Assembly: GCA_011776225.1 (NCBI GenBank)
Contig: JAABXR010000066.1
Coordinates: forward strand, 1 to 53,577
Reading direction: 5' to 3'
DNA: 53,577 nucleotides
From: Phycisphaerae bacterium
Lineage (GTDB): Bacteria > Planctomycetota > Phycisphaerae > Sedimentisphaerales > Anaerobacaceae
This document shows positions 36,036-46,677 of the stretch, in pieces. A program made the translations under genes and the position numbers. Every line of letters begins with the position of its first letter. The first letter of the stretch is position 1. The notes below the pieces were generated by a model. That model saw only the letters and a program-made list of their open reading frames with translations, searched no databases and had not been told where the DNA came from.

Positions 36036-37109
36036 CTATTTAAGGATTACTTTGCCGGTTCCTGTTGTGATTCTCCCTATTCTATAAACCTTTTCGCCGT
36101 AGTGCGAGAGTTTTTTTGTTATCGAATTGGCGAAGTCCTCCGCCACTATCAACACGAATCCTATCCCCATATTAAAGACCCGGAACATCTCAGCATCTTC
36201 GACAGGTCCTGATTCTTGTAGGAATGAAAATATCTTGTGCTTCGGCCAGTTCGATTTTTTGATAACCGCATTGCAGTCTTTCGGCAGCACTCTTGGAATA
36301 TTCCCTGCAAGTCCGCCGCCCGTGATGTGTGCCATGCCGTGGACGATGCGTTTGACCTTGTACTTCGAGAGCAGTTTCACTATCGACCGAACATAAATTC
36401 GCGTCGGTTCAAGCAGGACATCGCCCAGCATGGCACCGTCGAGTTCGTCCAGTATGTCGGTGATTTTCAGAGATTTTTTCCTGAAACAAATATTGCGGGC
36501 CAGTGAATAGCCGTTACTGTGCAGTCCGCTTGAGGCAAGGCCGAGTATTACATCGCCTTTTCTGATTGTGTTGCCTGTGATGATTTTTTTCCGCTCGACT
36601 ATACCGACAGCGAATCCGGCCATATCGAAGTCACCTTTGCCGTAGGTATCCGGCATTTCAGCGGTTTCGCCTCCAATCAGGGCACAGTCAGCCAGGCGAC
36701 AGCCGGCGGCGACGCCCTTTATCATTTCGGCAATTATCTTCGGCTCCAGCTTATTAACAGCCAGATAGTCCAGGAAGAAAAGCGGTTCGGCCCCCTGAAC
36801 GAGCATATCATTGACGTTCATCGCCACCAAATCTATGCCTACGGTGTCAAACTTTTTGATTTTCCCGGCTAATTTAACTTTGCTGCCTACGCCGTCGGTG
36901 CAGGCTACCAGCACCGGGTTTTTGTAATTCCTTTTGAAGAGTCTTTCATCGTAGTCGAGACGAAACATTCCCGCAAACGCATTCTTGGATTCAATAACTC
37001 GCGGCCCGAATGTGCTGGCAACGCAGGACTGGATTTGCCGAACCATCTCGTCCCCGGCATCGATGCTCACGCCGGTTTGTTCATAGCTGATATATTTCTT
37101 GTCTTGCAT
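36036..37109 (-). CDS. purM: phosphoribosylformylglycinamidine cyclo-ligase (AIR synthetase)
   Basis: 357 aa with TDGVGSKVKLA, DLVAMNVNDMLVQGAEPLFFLDY and GLHSNGYSL. Confidence 0.9.
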   Translation of the reverse strand: MQDKKYISYEQTGVSIDAGDEMVRQIQSCVASTFGPRVIESKNAFAGMFRLDYDERLFKRNYKNPVLVACTDGVGSKVKLAGKIKKFDTVGIDLVAMNVNDMLVQGAEPLFFLDYLAVNKLEPKIIAEMIKGVAAGCRLADCALIGGETAEMPDTYGKGDFDMAGFAVGIVERKKIITGNTIRKGDVILGLASSGLHSNGYSLARNICFRKKSLKITDILDELDGAMLGDVLLEPTRIYVRSIVKLLSKYKVKRIVHGMAHITGGGLAGNIPRVLPKDCNAVIKKSNWPKHKIFSFLQESGPVEDAEMFRVFNMGIGFVLIVAEDFANSITKKLSHYGEKVYRIGRITTGTGKVILK

Positions 37110-37127
37110 TTCAGTTTAAAATTTGGG

Positions 37128-38594
37128 CTACGCGCTGTCCTCATCAAACATATACATCTGATTGTGTTCCATAGAGAACTTGTTAAACGCAATATCTATG
37201 GGAATTTTATATTTGCCGGTCCAACAGGCGGTACAATAGTGGTCTTTCGGCAGTGCTGCACAAGATAGCAAACCCTCCAGTGATTGGTAACCGATACTGT
37301 CCACTTCGAGAAATTCTTTGATTTGCTTCAGATTGCGGTTATTTGCCAGCAGCTCTTCAGTGGTCGGGAAATCTATGCCGTAGAAGCAGGGATATCTTAT
37401 CGGCGGGCAGCTCACACGCATATGGATTTCCTTCGCGCCCGCCTGTCGCAGGGCTCTGATCTTGCCCCTTGTGGTTGTGCCGCGGACGATTGAATCGTCT
37501 ACTACTGCTACGCGCTTTCCACGGACGACCTCTTTCACCATAGCCAGTTTGAGCCCGACTTCCAGCTCTCTTAATTTTTGGTCCGGCGAGATAAATGTCC
37601 TGCCTATGTAATGGCTTCTGACCATTCCCATATCGAAAGGCAGCTTGCTTTGTTCTGCGTATCCTATTGCCGCCGATGTTCCTGAGTCCGGCACGGGTAT
37701 TACTACATCTGCATCGGCCGGGTGGTCTATTGCCAGTTGCCTTCCGAGTTTTTTTCTAAACTCGTGGACATTTTCACCAAAAATTGTACTGTTTTGTTTG
37801 GCAAAATAGATATGTTCAAAGATACAATGGGCGGGTGTGATGGTGCCGGGTTTGACAAAGAATCTGCCGGAAAGACCGTTCTTATCGAGACGGACGATTT
37901 CACCGGGTTCCACTTCGCGAATGAACTTTGCCTCTATTGCATCGAGAGCGCAGGTTTCGCTGGCAACTGCAAAGCTTCCTTTTTCGGTTTGGCCGATGCA
38001 TAAAGGTCTGATGCCATAAGGGTCACGAGCTGCTTCAATCCGGTCGGCAAACAAAAACAGCAGGCTGTACGCTCCCTGAAGGTGATTCAGTACATGTCCC
38101 AAAGGATCGGGTTTGGTCACATGAGTGGGTTTTGCAAGCAAATGGATGATTATTTCAGTATCGCATGTTGATTTGAATATACTGCCGTATGCCTCGTACT
38201 CATCTCGAAGCAGCGAAGCGTTTACGAGATTGCCGTTATGGGCCACTGCCACCTGCCCGTCGGAGTACCCGGCCAGAAGCGGCTGACTGTTAACGGCCTT
38301 GCTGGCGCCTGTCGTTGAATACCGCACATGGCCGATTGCTATAGGATTAGCCAGTTTCTCCAATAGTCCAGAACCACCGCGGAAAACCCTTCTTATCATA
38401 CCCATGCCAGTATGACACCGGATTAAGTTGGAATTGCTTGAGGCGATTCCTGCTGATTCCTGACCCCGGTGCTGAAGACTATGTAGACCAATATAGGTCT
38501 TTTGTACGGCTTCCTCATCACCAAATATACCGAATAAACCGCAGCTTTCCTTTTTTTCGGACACGACCCGGAACCTATTGGTTTCTGAAATCAT
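37128..38594 (-). CDS. purF: amidophosphoribosyltransferase (glutamine PRPP amidotransferase), Fe-S type with propeptide
   Basis: The canonical nucleophile context CGLFGIFG...LQHRGQESAGI is preceded by a short propeptide. Other motifs are HVRYSTTG, VAVVDDSIVRGTT, CPPIRYPCFYG and CTACWTG. The start is uncertain (ATG 38594 versus TTG 38636). Confidence 0.85.
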   Translation of the reverse strand: MISETNRFRVVSEKKESCGLFGIFGDEEAVQKTYIGLHSLQHRGQESAGIASSNSNLIRCHTGMGMIRRVFRGGSGLLEKLANPIAIGHVRYSTTGASKAVNSQPLLAGYSDGQVAVAHNGNLVNASLLRDEYEAYGSIFKSTCDTEIIIHLLAKPTHVTKPDPLGHVLNHLQGAYSLLFLFADRIEAARDPYGIRPLCIGQTEKGSFAVASETCALDAIEAKFIREVEPGEIVRLDKNGLSGRFFVKPGTITPAHCIFEHIYFAKQNSTIFGENVHEFRKKLGRQLAIDHPADADVVIPVPDSGTSAAIGYAEQSKLPFDMGMVRSHYIGRTFISPDQKLRELEVGLKLAMVKEVVRGKRVAVVDDSIVRGTTTRGKIRALRQAGAKEIHMRVSCPPIRYPCFYGIDFPTTEELLANNRNLKQIKEFLEVDSIGYQSLEGLLSCAALPKDHYCTACWTGKYKIPIDIAFNKFSMEHNQMYMFDEDSA

Positions 38595-38715
38595 TTTTCG
38601 TATTGTGATTGTTGCGATTGATGATTCAATTAGCAAGTCACGAATCGGTATTTTAATAGATTAGGCACTCAAGTCAACTAATTCTCGGATTATGCCCGAG
38701 TTGAAGCATAAAATG

Positions 38716-38743
38716 TTGACAGATTCGTTTTTGACGGGATAAT
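38716..38743 (+). promoter_or_regulatory. sigma70-like promoter candidate for the PPIase gene
   Basis: TTGACA (38716-38721), a 16-nt spacer, then GATAAT (38738-38743), ~58 nt upstream of the ATG at 38802. Confidence 0.35.
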
Positions 38744-38801
38744 CGTCTTTTTTGCTGATGAGGTTGTTGAGGCTTTTGAATGTGTGAAGAAAGGTAAAAT
38801 T

Positions 38802-39845
38802 ATGAAAAGATATCTGGCAATTTCAGCCTGTCTGGTAATATTAGTTGCTGCCTTTAGTTGTCGACAGAAGCCCTCTGCCGAGACCGAGAAGGAGGTTGTT
38901 GAGCCGAAACAGAAAGCGGCGGCTAATGAGATTGCGGTTACTGTTAATGGCCGGGTTGTTACAGAAGGCCAGGTTGAAGCGGAGATTGAAAAGGTGGCTC
39001 CGCTGTTGCAGCCGGATTTTCTTGAGAAGAACAGGGACAGGGTCAGAAAACAAGCCCTGGACAGAGTGATTATATTGAAGCTGCTGGAGGAAGAGATTGA
39101 GAAGGCAAAAATAGTGGCTACTGAGGAAGAGGTGCTTGAGAAGATAAGGGAATTTGCCGCTCAGCAGAATTTATCACTGGATGAGTTCAGGGAAACGTTG
39201 AAGGCTGGTGGAATGAATTTTGATGAATGGAAACAGCAGATGCGGATCGAATTGGGGATCCAATATCAGAAACTTATAGAAGCCAAAATAGGTGACAAAC
39301 TAAAGGTGACGGAAGCCGATGCAAACAACTTTTATTCTGCGAATATAGAACAGTTTCAAGAGATTGAGCAGGTTAAAGCCAGTCATATTCTTGTAAGACC
39401 CGATCCTAACACCGACCCAAATGAGGCGAAAGCAAAAGCGCTGGCGAAGTCTCGGACTCTGCTCAAACAAATCAAAGAGGGCGCCGATTTTGCTGAATTA
39501 GCCAAATCTACCGGAGGTTATCCTTCGGCACCAAGAGGCGGTGACTTGGGTTTTAGGCCCAGAGGTTATTGGGATCCGCCCTTTGAAAAGGTCGCTTTCG
39601 AATTAAAAATCGGGCAGATAAGCGACATCGTGGAAACCCAGTTTGGATATCACATAATAAAGGTTACCGACCGCAAAGAAGCCGGCGTTAAACCATTTGA
39701 ACAGGCCAAAGGCGATATAATAAAGATGCTGAAACAACAGAAACAAGGCCCGTTTATTACAAAGTATATCGAGTCTCTCAAGGCCGGGGCGAAAATCGTA
39801 TATCCACCCGGCAAAGAGCCGCCGTTGATACCTGACGACCCGTAA
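38802..39845 (+). CDS. secreted SurA/PrsA-like parvulin-type peptidyl-prolyl isomerase
   Basis: The ATG at 38802 (MKRYLAISACLVILVAAFSC) gives a signal peptide. The parvulin core is ASHILV...GGDLGF...FGYHIIKV. Confidence 0.8.
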   Translation: MKRYLAISACLVILVAAFSCRQKPSAETEKEVVEPKQKAAANEIAVTVNGRVVTEGQVEAEIEKVAPLLQPDFLEKNRDRVRKQALDRVIILKLLEEEIEKAKIVATEEEVLEKIREFAAQQNLSLDEFRETLKAGGMNFDEWKQQMRIELGIQYQKLIEAKIGDKLKVTEADANNFYSANIEQFQEIEQVKASHILVRPDPNTDPNEAKAKALAKSRTLLKQIKEGADFAELAKSTGGYPSAPRGGDLGFRPRGYWDPPFEKVAFELKIGQISDIVETQFGYHIIKVTDRKEAGVKPFEQAKGDIIKMLKQQKQGPFITKYIESLKAGAKIVYPPGKEPPLIPDDP

Positions 39846-39867
39846 TCGGATGTTCACCTGAAAAATC

Positions 39868-40671
39868 TCAACCTAAAAGAGTGGCCGGATCGAGATTTGC
39901 CGATTCAATATCTTTGAAGTATTTTGCAGTGCCTACCTTGAGCTCGGCGGTCGCCTCTTCATCGCAGACGATAATACCTTTCGCATGCATTTGCAGGGCG
40001 CTAATCGTCCACATGTGATTTACACCCTCTTCGACGGCGTGCTGCAATGCGCGGGCCTTATTATGACCGTTGACGATAATCAGGACTTCCTCAGCGTCAA
40101 GTACGGTTCCTACGCCCACGGTCAGAGCGGTTTTGGGGACTTTGTTAATGTCGTTGTCAAAGAACCGCGAATTGGCCACGATTGTATCGTAAGTTAGTGT
40201 TTTAATCCTCGTCCTCGACGATATTGATGAGCCGGGTTCGTTAAACGCTATATGGCCGTCAGGACCTATGCCGCCGACAAAAAGCTTTACGCCGCCTGCT
40301 TTTTTGATTTTTTCTTCGTAGCTCGCACATTCGGCTTCAAGATCCGGGGCATTACCATTGAGAATGTTGACATTCTCTTTTGGAATGTCTATATGGCTGA
40401 AAAGATATTTATCCATAAATGAATGATAGCTTTCAGGATGGTCCTCCGGAAGATTCACATATTCGTCCATATTAAAGGTAACGACATCCTTGAATGAAAC
40501 CACCCCCGACTTGTAAAGCTCTACAAGTTTGTTGTACACACCTATCGGTGAAGAGCCTGTGGGAAGACCCAGCACAAAAGGTTTTGAACTGGATTCATTG
40601 ATCTTTTTGGCGACATAGTTGGCGGCCCATTTGGCTGCTAATTCATAATTCGGCTCAATAATAACTCTCAT
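39868..40671 (-). CDS. nagB: glucosamine-6-phosphate deaminase
   Basis: 267 aa with [16 protein letters not shown] and [15 protein letters not shown]. Confidence 0.9.
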   Translation of the reverse strand: MRVIIEPNYELAAKWAANYVAKKINESSSKPFVLGLPTGSSPIGVYNKLVELYKSGVVSFKDVVTFNMDEYVNLPEDHPESYHSFMDKYLFSHIDIPKENVNILNGNAPDLEAECASYEEKIKKAGGVKLFVGGIGPDGHIAFNEPGSSISSRTRIKTLTYDTIVANSRFFDNDINKVPKTALTVGVGTVLDAEEVLIIVNGHNKARALQHAVEEGVNHMWTISALQMHAKGIIVCDEEATAELKVGTAKYFKDIESANLDPATLLG

Positions 40672-42692
40672 ACATTTCTCCTTGTTAGATCTGGTTGTTG
40701 TTGACGCAATTTCGCAACTCGGTTGATAAGTTCATCGCCGAGAGCTGTTTTGCTGGTTATGTGATATTCGATTTCGGAAACGAAACTGTCTTCTTCAAAT
40801 ATTCCTCTCACCGCCGCGAAGTCGCTGTGTCTGGTTTTTTCATCACCGTCGAGACCGTATCCGATTTGAGCGGTGGCGGCAAATTCTTTTTTGGCATCGG
40901 CACGAAGGGCGTTATCGAGTTCTACGACGGCCTTTTTCCATCTTGTCGTTAGTTCAATAATATCGTCTGCGGTTATGTTATCAATCATTTTTGACAGACG
41001 TTGCTGTAAAACGTTTGCAACCCAGGCCCACTCATACACATCATATCTGTTGTGTATTGAGCGGAAAGTCTCCGTCAAATCGTCCAGCGTGCGAATAGAT
41101 TCGTTTTCAATGTCGGAGAGTAACTTTTGAACGGCCCTTTCCGGGGCGAACAACCCGGCCATGTCGACCCACTTGCCTGGTCCTAAGTTAGCTTCTGGCC
41201 GGAGCGCCGCTCGAAGTTCGTCAACGCTTTCTATTTGTCTGTTTTCCAGCTTTTTAATAAGACAGTTACCAAGGAATTTATCGATGCTCATCTTGTAGAA
41301 TTTTATGCCCCTCTCCAGTGAGGAATTCTTAATTCTGACATTGTTGTAGGTATAGTATTCTGTGTTTTTGCCGGATGTTGTTTTGAGCTTTTCAAGCAGC
41401 AGGCAGCCATTGAGCATTTTCTGGATAGTATATGGGCTTAAAAGCCTGAAATTTATAAAGTCGAGCTTTTGAGGACTTTTCCGCCTGTCGCGTCTCGGCC
41501 ATTTTCGGGCGTCCCGAATAGTGCCGACGCTGCGCAAATTCACACCGGGGACAAGGATGCTTTCATCTTCGTGCTCAATCAGATATGAAAAAGGCAAGTC
41601 TGAAGTGTCTGAGTTTCTATAGTGTCTACCCATGACAACTGTAAAAGGCCCAACCTTTGCCGGCCAGAGCATATATGAGTCACTGGCGGTCTTGGATCCA
41701 CGTTCGACTACACCTTGATGGGTCGGTCCCAGTTTGTACATGTGGTTGCTTTGGTTGGTGCCGCTGCCGGCATTCAAAAAGGAAAACAATCCGGCAATAA
41801 GCAATGTGGATTTGTGATGCGTAACGGTGTAGGGCCCCCCAAATACCGCACACGCTTCACCGTGGAAACCACCGCAGTTGGCAAAGAACACCGAATTTTC
41901 CGCCGAATACTGCTTGGCTAATTCAGTGCCCTGCCCTACGAAGCATTTGCTTATTATTGTGCCGTCGGTAATCTTCGAGCCGCTGCAGCAGATAAAATCT
42001 TCTGCAAAAACGCCGGGACCGATATAGACAGGATCTTCAGGACAGCTATTGATTGAGCCATTCTCAAGTCTGTTTACCCCCTCGATAATGCTTAAGGGGC
42101 CCACTTTCACGTTTTTGATAATTCGGCAGTTTATAAGCTTTGAACCTTTTGCCACAAGACCGACAGAGGAGGTGACGGAAGCAGTGTAGTGAAAGATCAT
42201 TCTTTGCAGGTTTTCGATTACGTATGGGCGATGACGATAAAAGGCTATTATATAAGCTGTGTGGGCTGATAAGTTGTCATAAATCGGTATTTCTCTGCCG
42301 CCGGCCTCGTTGACAACGGCAACCTCCGTGCCATTGCCGAATGAGCTTTTGCCTTCTACTGCGAGCAGGTCAATGTTATCTATAACCACATCATCCTCGA
42401 TGATATAGTTGGCCATGTAGTTTCTTACCTGATTGATATATACATTATCGCCGATTGTGCAGTTGTGGATCGTTGCGTTGCTGATCCCTGCCGGCTTCGT
42501 AACACCTCCAAAAAAGGATACCTCCTTCTCAAACACACCAAGCTTTATGTTACCACAAAAATGTGTAGATTTTACTTTTGCCGGGTCAAAACCTGCTGCA
42601 ACCTCGACCTTCGACCAATCGTCGCAACTGCAGCCTTGCTCAGTGAGCTTGGCAATTTCCTCGTAGGATATAGGACGAAATTCTGTTGCCAT
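40668..42692 (-). CDS. DUF4954 family protein (left-handed beta-helix region)
   Basis: 674 aa. The N-terminus ([27 protein letters not shown]...[11 protein letters not shown]) matches my recollection of DUF4954. Its stop overlaps the nagB start (ATGA). Confidence 0.6.
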   Translation of the reverse strand: MATEFRPISYEEIAKLTEQGCSCDDWSKVEVAAGFDPAKVKSTHFCGNIKLGVFEKEVSFFGGVTKPAGISNATIHNCTIGDNVYINQVRNYMANYIIEDDVVIDNIDLLAVEGKSSFGNGTEVAVVNEAGGREIPIYDNLSAHTAYIIAFYRHRPYVIENLQRMIFHYTASVTSSVGLVAKGSKLINCRIIKNVKVGPLSIIEGVNRLENGSINSCPEDPVYIGPGVFAEDFICCSGSKITDGTIISKCFVGQGTELAKQYSAENSVFFANCGGFHGEACAVFGGPYTVTHHKSTLLIAGLFSFLNAGSGTNQSNHMYKLGPTHQGVVERGSKTASDSYMLWPAKVGPFTVVMGRHYRNSDTSDLPFSYLIEHEDESILVPGVNLRSVGTIRDARKWPRRDRRKSPQKLDFINFRLLSPYTIQKMLNGCLLLEKLKTTSGKNTEYYTYNNVRIKNSSLERGIKFYKMSIDKFLGNCLIKKLENRQIESVDELRAALRPEANLGPGKWVDMAGLFAPERAVQKLLSDIENESIRTLDDLTETFRSIHNRYDVYEWAWVANVLQQRLSKMIDNITADDIIELTTRWKKAVVELDNALRADAKKEFAATAQIGYGLDGDEKTRHSDFAAVRGIFEEDSFVSEIEYHITSKTALGDELINRVAKLRQQQPDLTRRNV

Positions 42693-42931
42693 TTGTATCT
42701 CCAGCTTTTAGCTAAGTAACACCGGCAGTTCACAAACTCGATTTATCGGATTTCTACGGGGCTCTTTCCCACTTGAGGTTTCCGGTAATATGATAATCTT
42801 TGGTTTTCTAATGAGCCAAATTTGAAATACGGTTTTATCGCAGAATAAGTGTGTTTAGTCAAGTGTTTTCCCGAAAGGAATCCCCCCGGTAATGACCATG
42901 CTATGGTTATTGAAACGCCCGATAATCTTGC

Positions 42932-45112
42932 TCAAAACAAGCCCGGTTGGTAGCAAAACCTGACTTGGTGCCGGCCCGGCTCCAGATGAACCGATTTGAA
43001 AGTGCCAAAAAGTAGTTCTATATCTGTTTCTTTCCCGTCCACGAAAACCTTCCAGTTCCGATCCCAGTTGTCGATAAAACTCAGATAGCCCGCAGTAGAC
43101 GCGCTGATTTCCCAAGTAAGTTCATCACCGGTATAGGACAGTAGTTGGCCGGGGCGCTGGTAGCGGGATGCATCTTGAAGGAAGGCACCAACAGTGGAAT
43201 GCTTTAGCGATTGGGAAAAGAAAATTTTGCTCCCATCCTGTATACCCAACAATACTCTTCTTGCCTCCAATTCACCTTCGGTTTCTTTAAGAAATTTGTT
43301 ATATCGGCCGAAATACCAGTTTGGCAGGACACCAACACTGAAGTTCGGAAGGGATATGGTGTCGTTGCGGTCGGATCGACGTAGGTTAAACGAAGCCTCA
43401 TTCACCTTCACAACATCGAAGGTATTTCGTTCCCTATCTACTTGCCTTTGGTATGTCCAGACGCGGGCGCCGACATGCCGCATCTCAACGGTCGCAACAA
43501 GTACGAGGACAGCAAGAACCACTGTCAGGGCCCTGTTGGATTTGAAGCTAATCCGTTTGCTGAGAAGTAAAATCGATAAAATTGCAGCAAATGCTGCCAC
43601 ACCGTAAACGATGAAGTATAGACGTTGTGGTGACAAGTTCTTGAAATATATGTTCCAGAGCCTGTCGTTAATATTATTATGGTAGAAGTAGATTTGAACA
43701 CAAAGAATGCATGCATAAACTGCTGCGAGCACAACAATAGGTGAGAGTAAATACGAGAGCTTCTTGGGGACCGGGATCTTTTTGACCGAGAGCGTTGATT
43801 CAAACGATGCGTAAGCAATCGACAGCAGCCAGGCGAGAATCGGTACAAGAATGATATTTAACCTTCCCCAGACGCGAAGACTGGAAAATCCGGGCATGTA
43901 GTTCCAAAGCAGCTTAAAAAGATACGAATGTCTTCCATAGCTAATGTAGGTGATAATACAAATCCAGATGATAAAAAACAGTTTGAGCCAGAGGTCGCCC
44001 AGCCTCTGTGGTGTCAGGTTCTCTTTTCCCCTATCTTTTCCTTCACCCTCACGATTGACTGTTCTCCGGCAAAACATGTACAGCAGGATTACCAAAAGCC
44101 CGGCAATGCCGAAGAAATACCACCCTTCTGTTGACGAGGCAGGTGGAAACATAAGCGAGCCTAAAGTGTCTTCAAAATTGAATACATGGGCCGTAGAATA
44201 AGAAAAATCTTTGCCGGCACGGTCAATTGTCTCTGACATGAGGCGTTTAATACCGAGGACATAAGGGGCGCAGACCAATAGCGTCACAATACCTGATGCT
44301 GCCAGTGTAGTGATCGCGCGCCTCCAGCGGATTGACCGGGGCCCTAATATTCGAAGATGTAGTGGCTTGAACAGGAAAACGAGCATATAAGGTGCAAGAA
44401 GAAACAGGGAATAGTAAACATAATAGGGATAACCACCGGTAAGGTGGCATATCAGAAACAGAGTCAGCAGGAATCCGTTGATCATGGCGTCTTTCGATGA
44501 CTTACTTCGCATAATTCTGGTCAGTGCGTAAAGAATCCAGGGATACCACGCGGCGGTATGGACAGCGTTGGGGAATCTTATTAATTCCGTGACCTTGAAA
44601 CTCACTGACATTATGAGTACGCTGAAAACCACGGACCTGAGGTTGGTGTTTATCTGGCGCAGCCACATGAAAAGCCCTAAGGCGAATATCGAAATGCCGA
44701 GAACAGTATAAACCTGATAATCCAGAGGATTGTACCCTCCTAAGATTTTGTACCAGAGGACCAGCAGGAGGTTGAGAGGATAGAAGGCCTGCGTGAACGG
44801 ATTGGTGTAAAATGGGTATCCCGCGCCTTCAGCTGGCGACCAGAGCGGGAAATGAAAGTCAGAAAGACAGGCCAGCAGGTACAGTTTATATTTATAGTAT
44901 AGAAGAATAAAATCGTTACCTATGGCGGCATATTGGCCGTTTATGGCCAGAACGTGGCGGAACAGATAAAGAAAAGGCCAGCAGAAGATTGCTGCCGGCA
45001 GACCAAATCTTGACCAAAGGTGCCGGGGTTGTCGCGAGGTCGATGCTTTATCCTTTGCGGCAGATGCTACTCTGCGTCGTGTTCGGTGTTTGCTCGGCTT
45101 TTTTGCGCTCAC
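42932..45112 (-). CDS. large polytopic membrane protein (YfhO-like / glycan-polymer glycosyltransferase-like)
   Basis: 726 aa with >12 TM helices followed by a soluble C-terminal domain. It starts 5 nt downstream of the GT2 fusion gene. The family call is tentative. Confidence 0.45.
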   Translation of the reverse strand: MSAKKPSKHRTRRRVASAAKDKASTSRQPRHLWSRFGLPAAIFCWPFLYLFRHVLAINGQYAAIGNDFILLYYKYKLYLLACLSDFHFPLWSPAEGAGYPFYTNPFTQAFYPLNLLLVLWYKILGGYNPLDYQVYTVLGISIFALGLFMWLRQINTNLRSVVFSVLIMSVSFKVTELIRFPNAVHTAAWYPWILYALTRIMRSKSSKDAMINGFLLTLFLICHLTGGYPYYVYYSLFLLAPYMLVFLFKPLHLRILGPRSIRWRRAITTLAASGIVTLLVCAPYVLGIKRLMSETIDRAGKDFSYSTAHVFNFEDTLGSLMFPPASSTEGWYFFGIAGLLVILLYMFCRRTVNREGEGKDRGKENLTPQRLGDLWLKLFFIIWICIITYISYGRHSYLFKLLWNYMPGFSSLRVWGRLNIILVPILAWLLSIAYASFESTLSVKKIPVPKKLSYLLSPIVVLAAVYACILCVQIYFYHNNINDRLWNIYFKNLSPQRLYFIVYGVAAFAAILSILLLSKRISFKSNRALTVVLAVLVLVATVEMRHVGARVWTYQRQVDRERNTFDVVKVNEASFNLRRSDRNDTISLPNFSVGVLPNWYFGRYNKFLKETEGELEARRVLLGIQDGSKIFFSQSLKHSTVGAFLQDASRYQRPGQLLSYTGDELTWEISASTAGYLSFIDNWDRNWKVFVDGKETDIELLFGTFKSVHLEPGRHQVRFCYQPGLF

Positions 45113-45117
45113 TCTGT

Positions 45118-46677
45118 TCAGCCCTTCGGCAAAGTCGGATCACTGAGTTTCTGTTCCTTCGCTTCGTGCGCATCTTTCAACAGGTGCTCCAGGGTCGGAA
45201 GGGGTCTGGCGGTAACGGCGATCTGGTAAGAAAAAAGGCTCTTAGAAAAGAAGATGAAAAAGCGATTTATCTGAAGCAGAAACCGCGCCAGCCAGCCGTC
45301 ACCTATGGCCAAAGGAAACGGTGCTGGTATACCTTTTTTCGAGAGGAGTTCATAACCGCATAACTCTAATGTACGACGAAGCGTTGAAAAAGTGAATAGA
45401 CGACTGTGGTCCATGTCCAGAATACCTCGACGACCATAGTTAAAGCTGCCAAATAGTAAACCGGAACGGATGATAAAGAAACCGATGTTGGCTGTGGTAA
45501 TAATAAACTCCGGAGATGAGCGGCTGTAACGGTCTCGAAGAATACGCAGAAAACGCTCTGGAGATTTCAGATGCTCTATAATGTCCAGTAATAAAATATA
45601 ATCCACATCGCCAAAATCATCGGAGAAATCGTATTGCTCCACGTCCACTTCCAGCCATTTGAGGGAAGCCTGCCGTGCCTTTTCTGATACCTCTTTATCT
45701 ATTGATATGGTCTTTACATCCTTATTTGCCAGATGCTCTGCCATCAAACCGGACCCACACCCCACATCCAATACTGTTGCACTGGGTGTTACTCTACTCA
45801 GCGCAAACTGATGGGAACTGGGATATCCCAATTTAGCCTGATATGTAGATATTGGGGTGAGTTGGTAGTCAAACTTCGGATGATAGTAGATTCCAAGCCT
45901 TATTACTCTGGATAAAATGCAGGAGCAGATGATACGGATCGCATATTTTATACCATTGACTCGACAAATCTCATTGCCATAGTAGGTAGGAATAGGGATT
46001 TCTTTAATACGTTTCTTGGTGTCTAACAACTGGATAATGATATCGGTATCAAAGTCGAAGTAGTTGGAATTGTGCTCGAATGGAATTGATGCGAGGGTTT
46101 TTGTGTTATAGGCCCTGTAACCGCTATGAAATTCAGACAGACGGGATTTCATTATCCTGTTCTGGGTCCAGGTAATCAATTGGTTGCCTATCCACTTATA
46201 AAGCGGCATACGTCCTTTCAATGCATCCAGCCGGTGAATCATTCGGGACCCGAACACGGCATCGGCTTCCTCATCAAGGATTGGCTGTATCATCTGGCCA
46301 AGGTACTCGGGTGCATATTGCCCGTCTCCGTGCAGCAGCACAACTGCGTCAAAGCCTTTCCTGAGGGCGTAGCAATAGCCGATTTTCTGGTTGCCGCCGT
46401 AGCCCTGGTTTTTGGGATTATATAAAACGTTAATTTTGATTTCAGGTCGGCGTCGGGCATAATCCTCGGCTGCATAAAAAGTGCGGTCTGGTGATTGGTC
46501 GTCAATGACGAGAATCTCGGTGGAAAAATTCTTGTTTTCCAGTACGTCGTTTGGAATGCGGTCAAGAACCGACTCGATCCATTTTTCGGCGTTATAGCAA
46601 ACAACAAAGATTAGCACCTTCTTCTTGTCATCTGCGTCCGGTAAAGATTCATTTTTGTTAATATCCGTTTCCTGCAT
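45118..46677 (-). CDS. GT2 glycosyltransferase fused to a class I SAM methyltransferase
   Basis: 519 aa. The N-terminus is VLIFVVCYNAEKWI...VIDDQSPDRT...LLHGDGQY (GT-A, Dpm1-like). The C-terminus is VLDVGCGSGLMAEHL...YILLLDIIEHL. Confidence 0.8.
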   Translation of the reverse strand: MQETDINKNESLPDADDKKKVLIFVVCYNAEKWIESVLDRIPNDVLENKNFSTEILVIDDQSPDRTFYAAEDYARRRPEIKINVLYNPKNQGYGGNQKIGYCYALRKGFDAVVLLHGDGQYAPEYLGQMIQPILDEEADAVFGSRMIHRLDALKGRMPLYKWIGNQLITWTQNRIMKSRLSEFHSGYRAYNTKTLASIPFEHNSNYFDFDTDIIIQLLDTKKRIKEIPIPTYYGNEICRVNGIKYAIRIICSCILSRVIRLGIYYHPKFDYQLTPISTYQAKLGYPSSHQFALSRVTPSATVLDVGCGSGLMAEHLANKDVKTISIDKEVSEKARQASLKWLEVDVEQYDFSDDFGDVDYILLLDIIEHLKSPERFLRILRDRYSRSSPEFIITTANIGFFIIRSGLLFGSFNYGRRGILDMDHSRLFTFSTLRRTLELCGYELLSKKGIPAPFPLAIGDGWLARFLLQINRFFIFFSKSLFSYQIAVTARPLPTLEHLLKDAHEAKEQKLSDPTLPKG

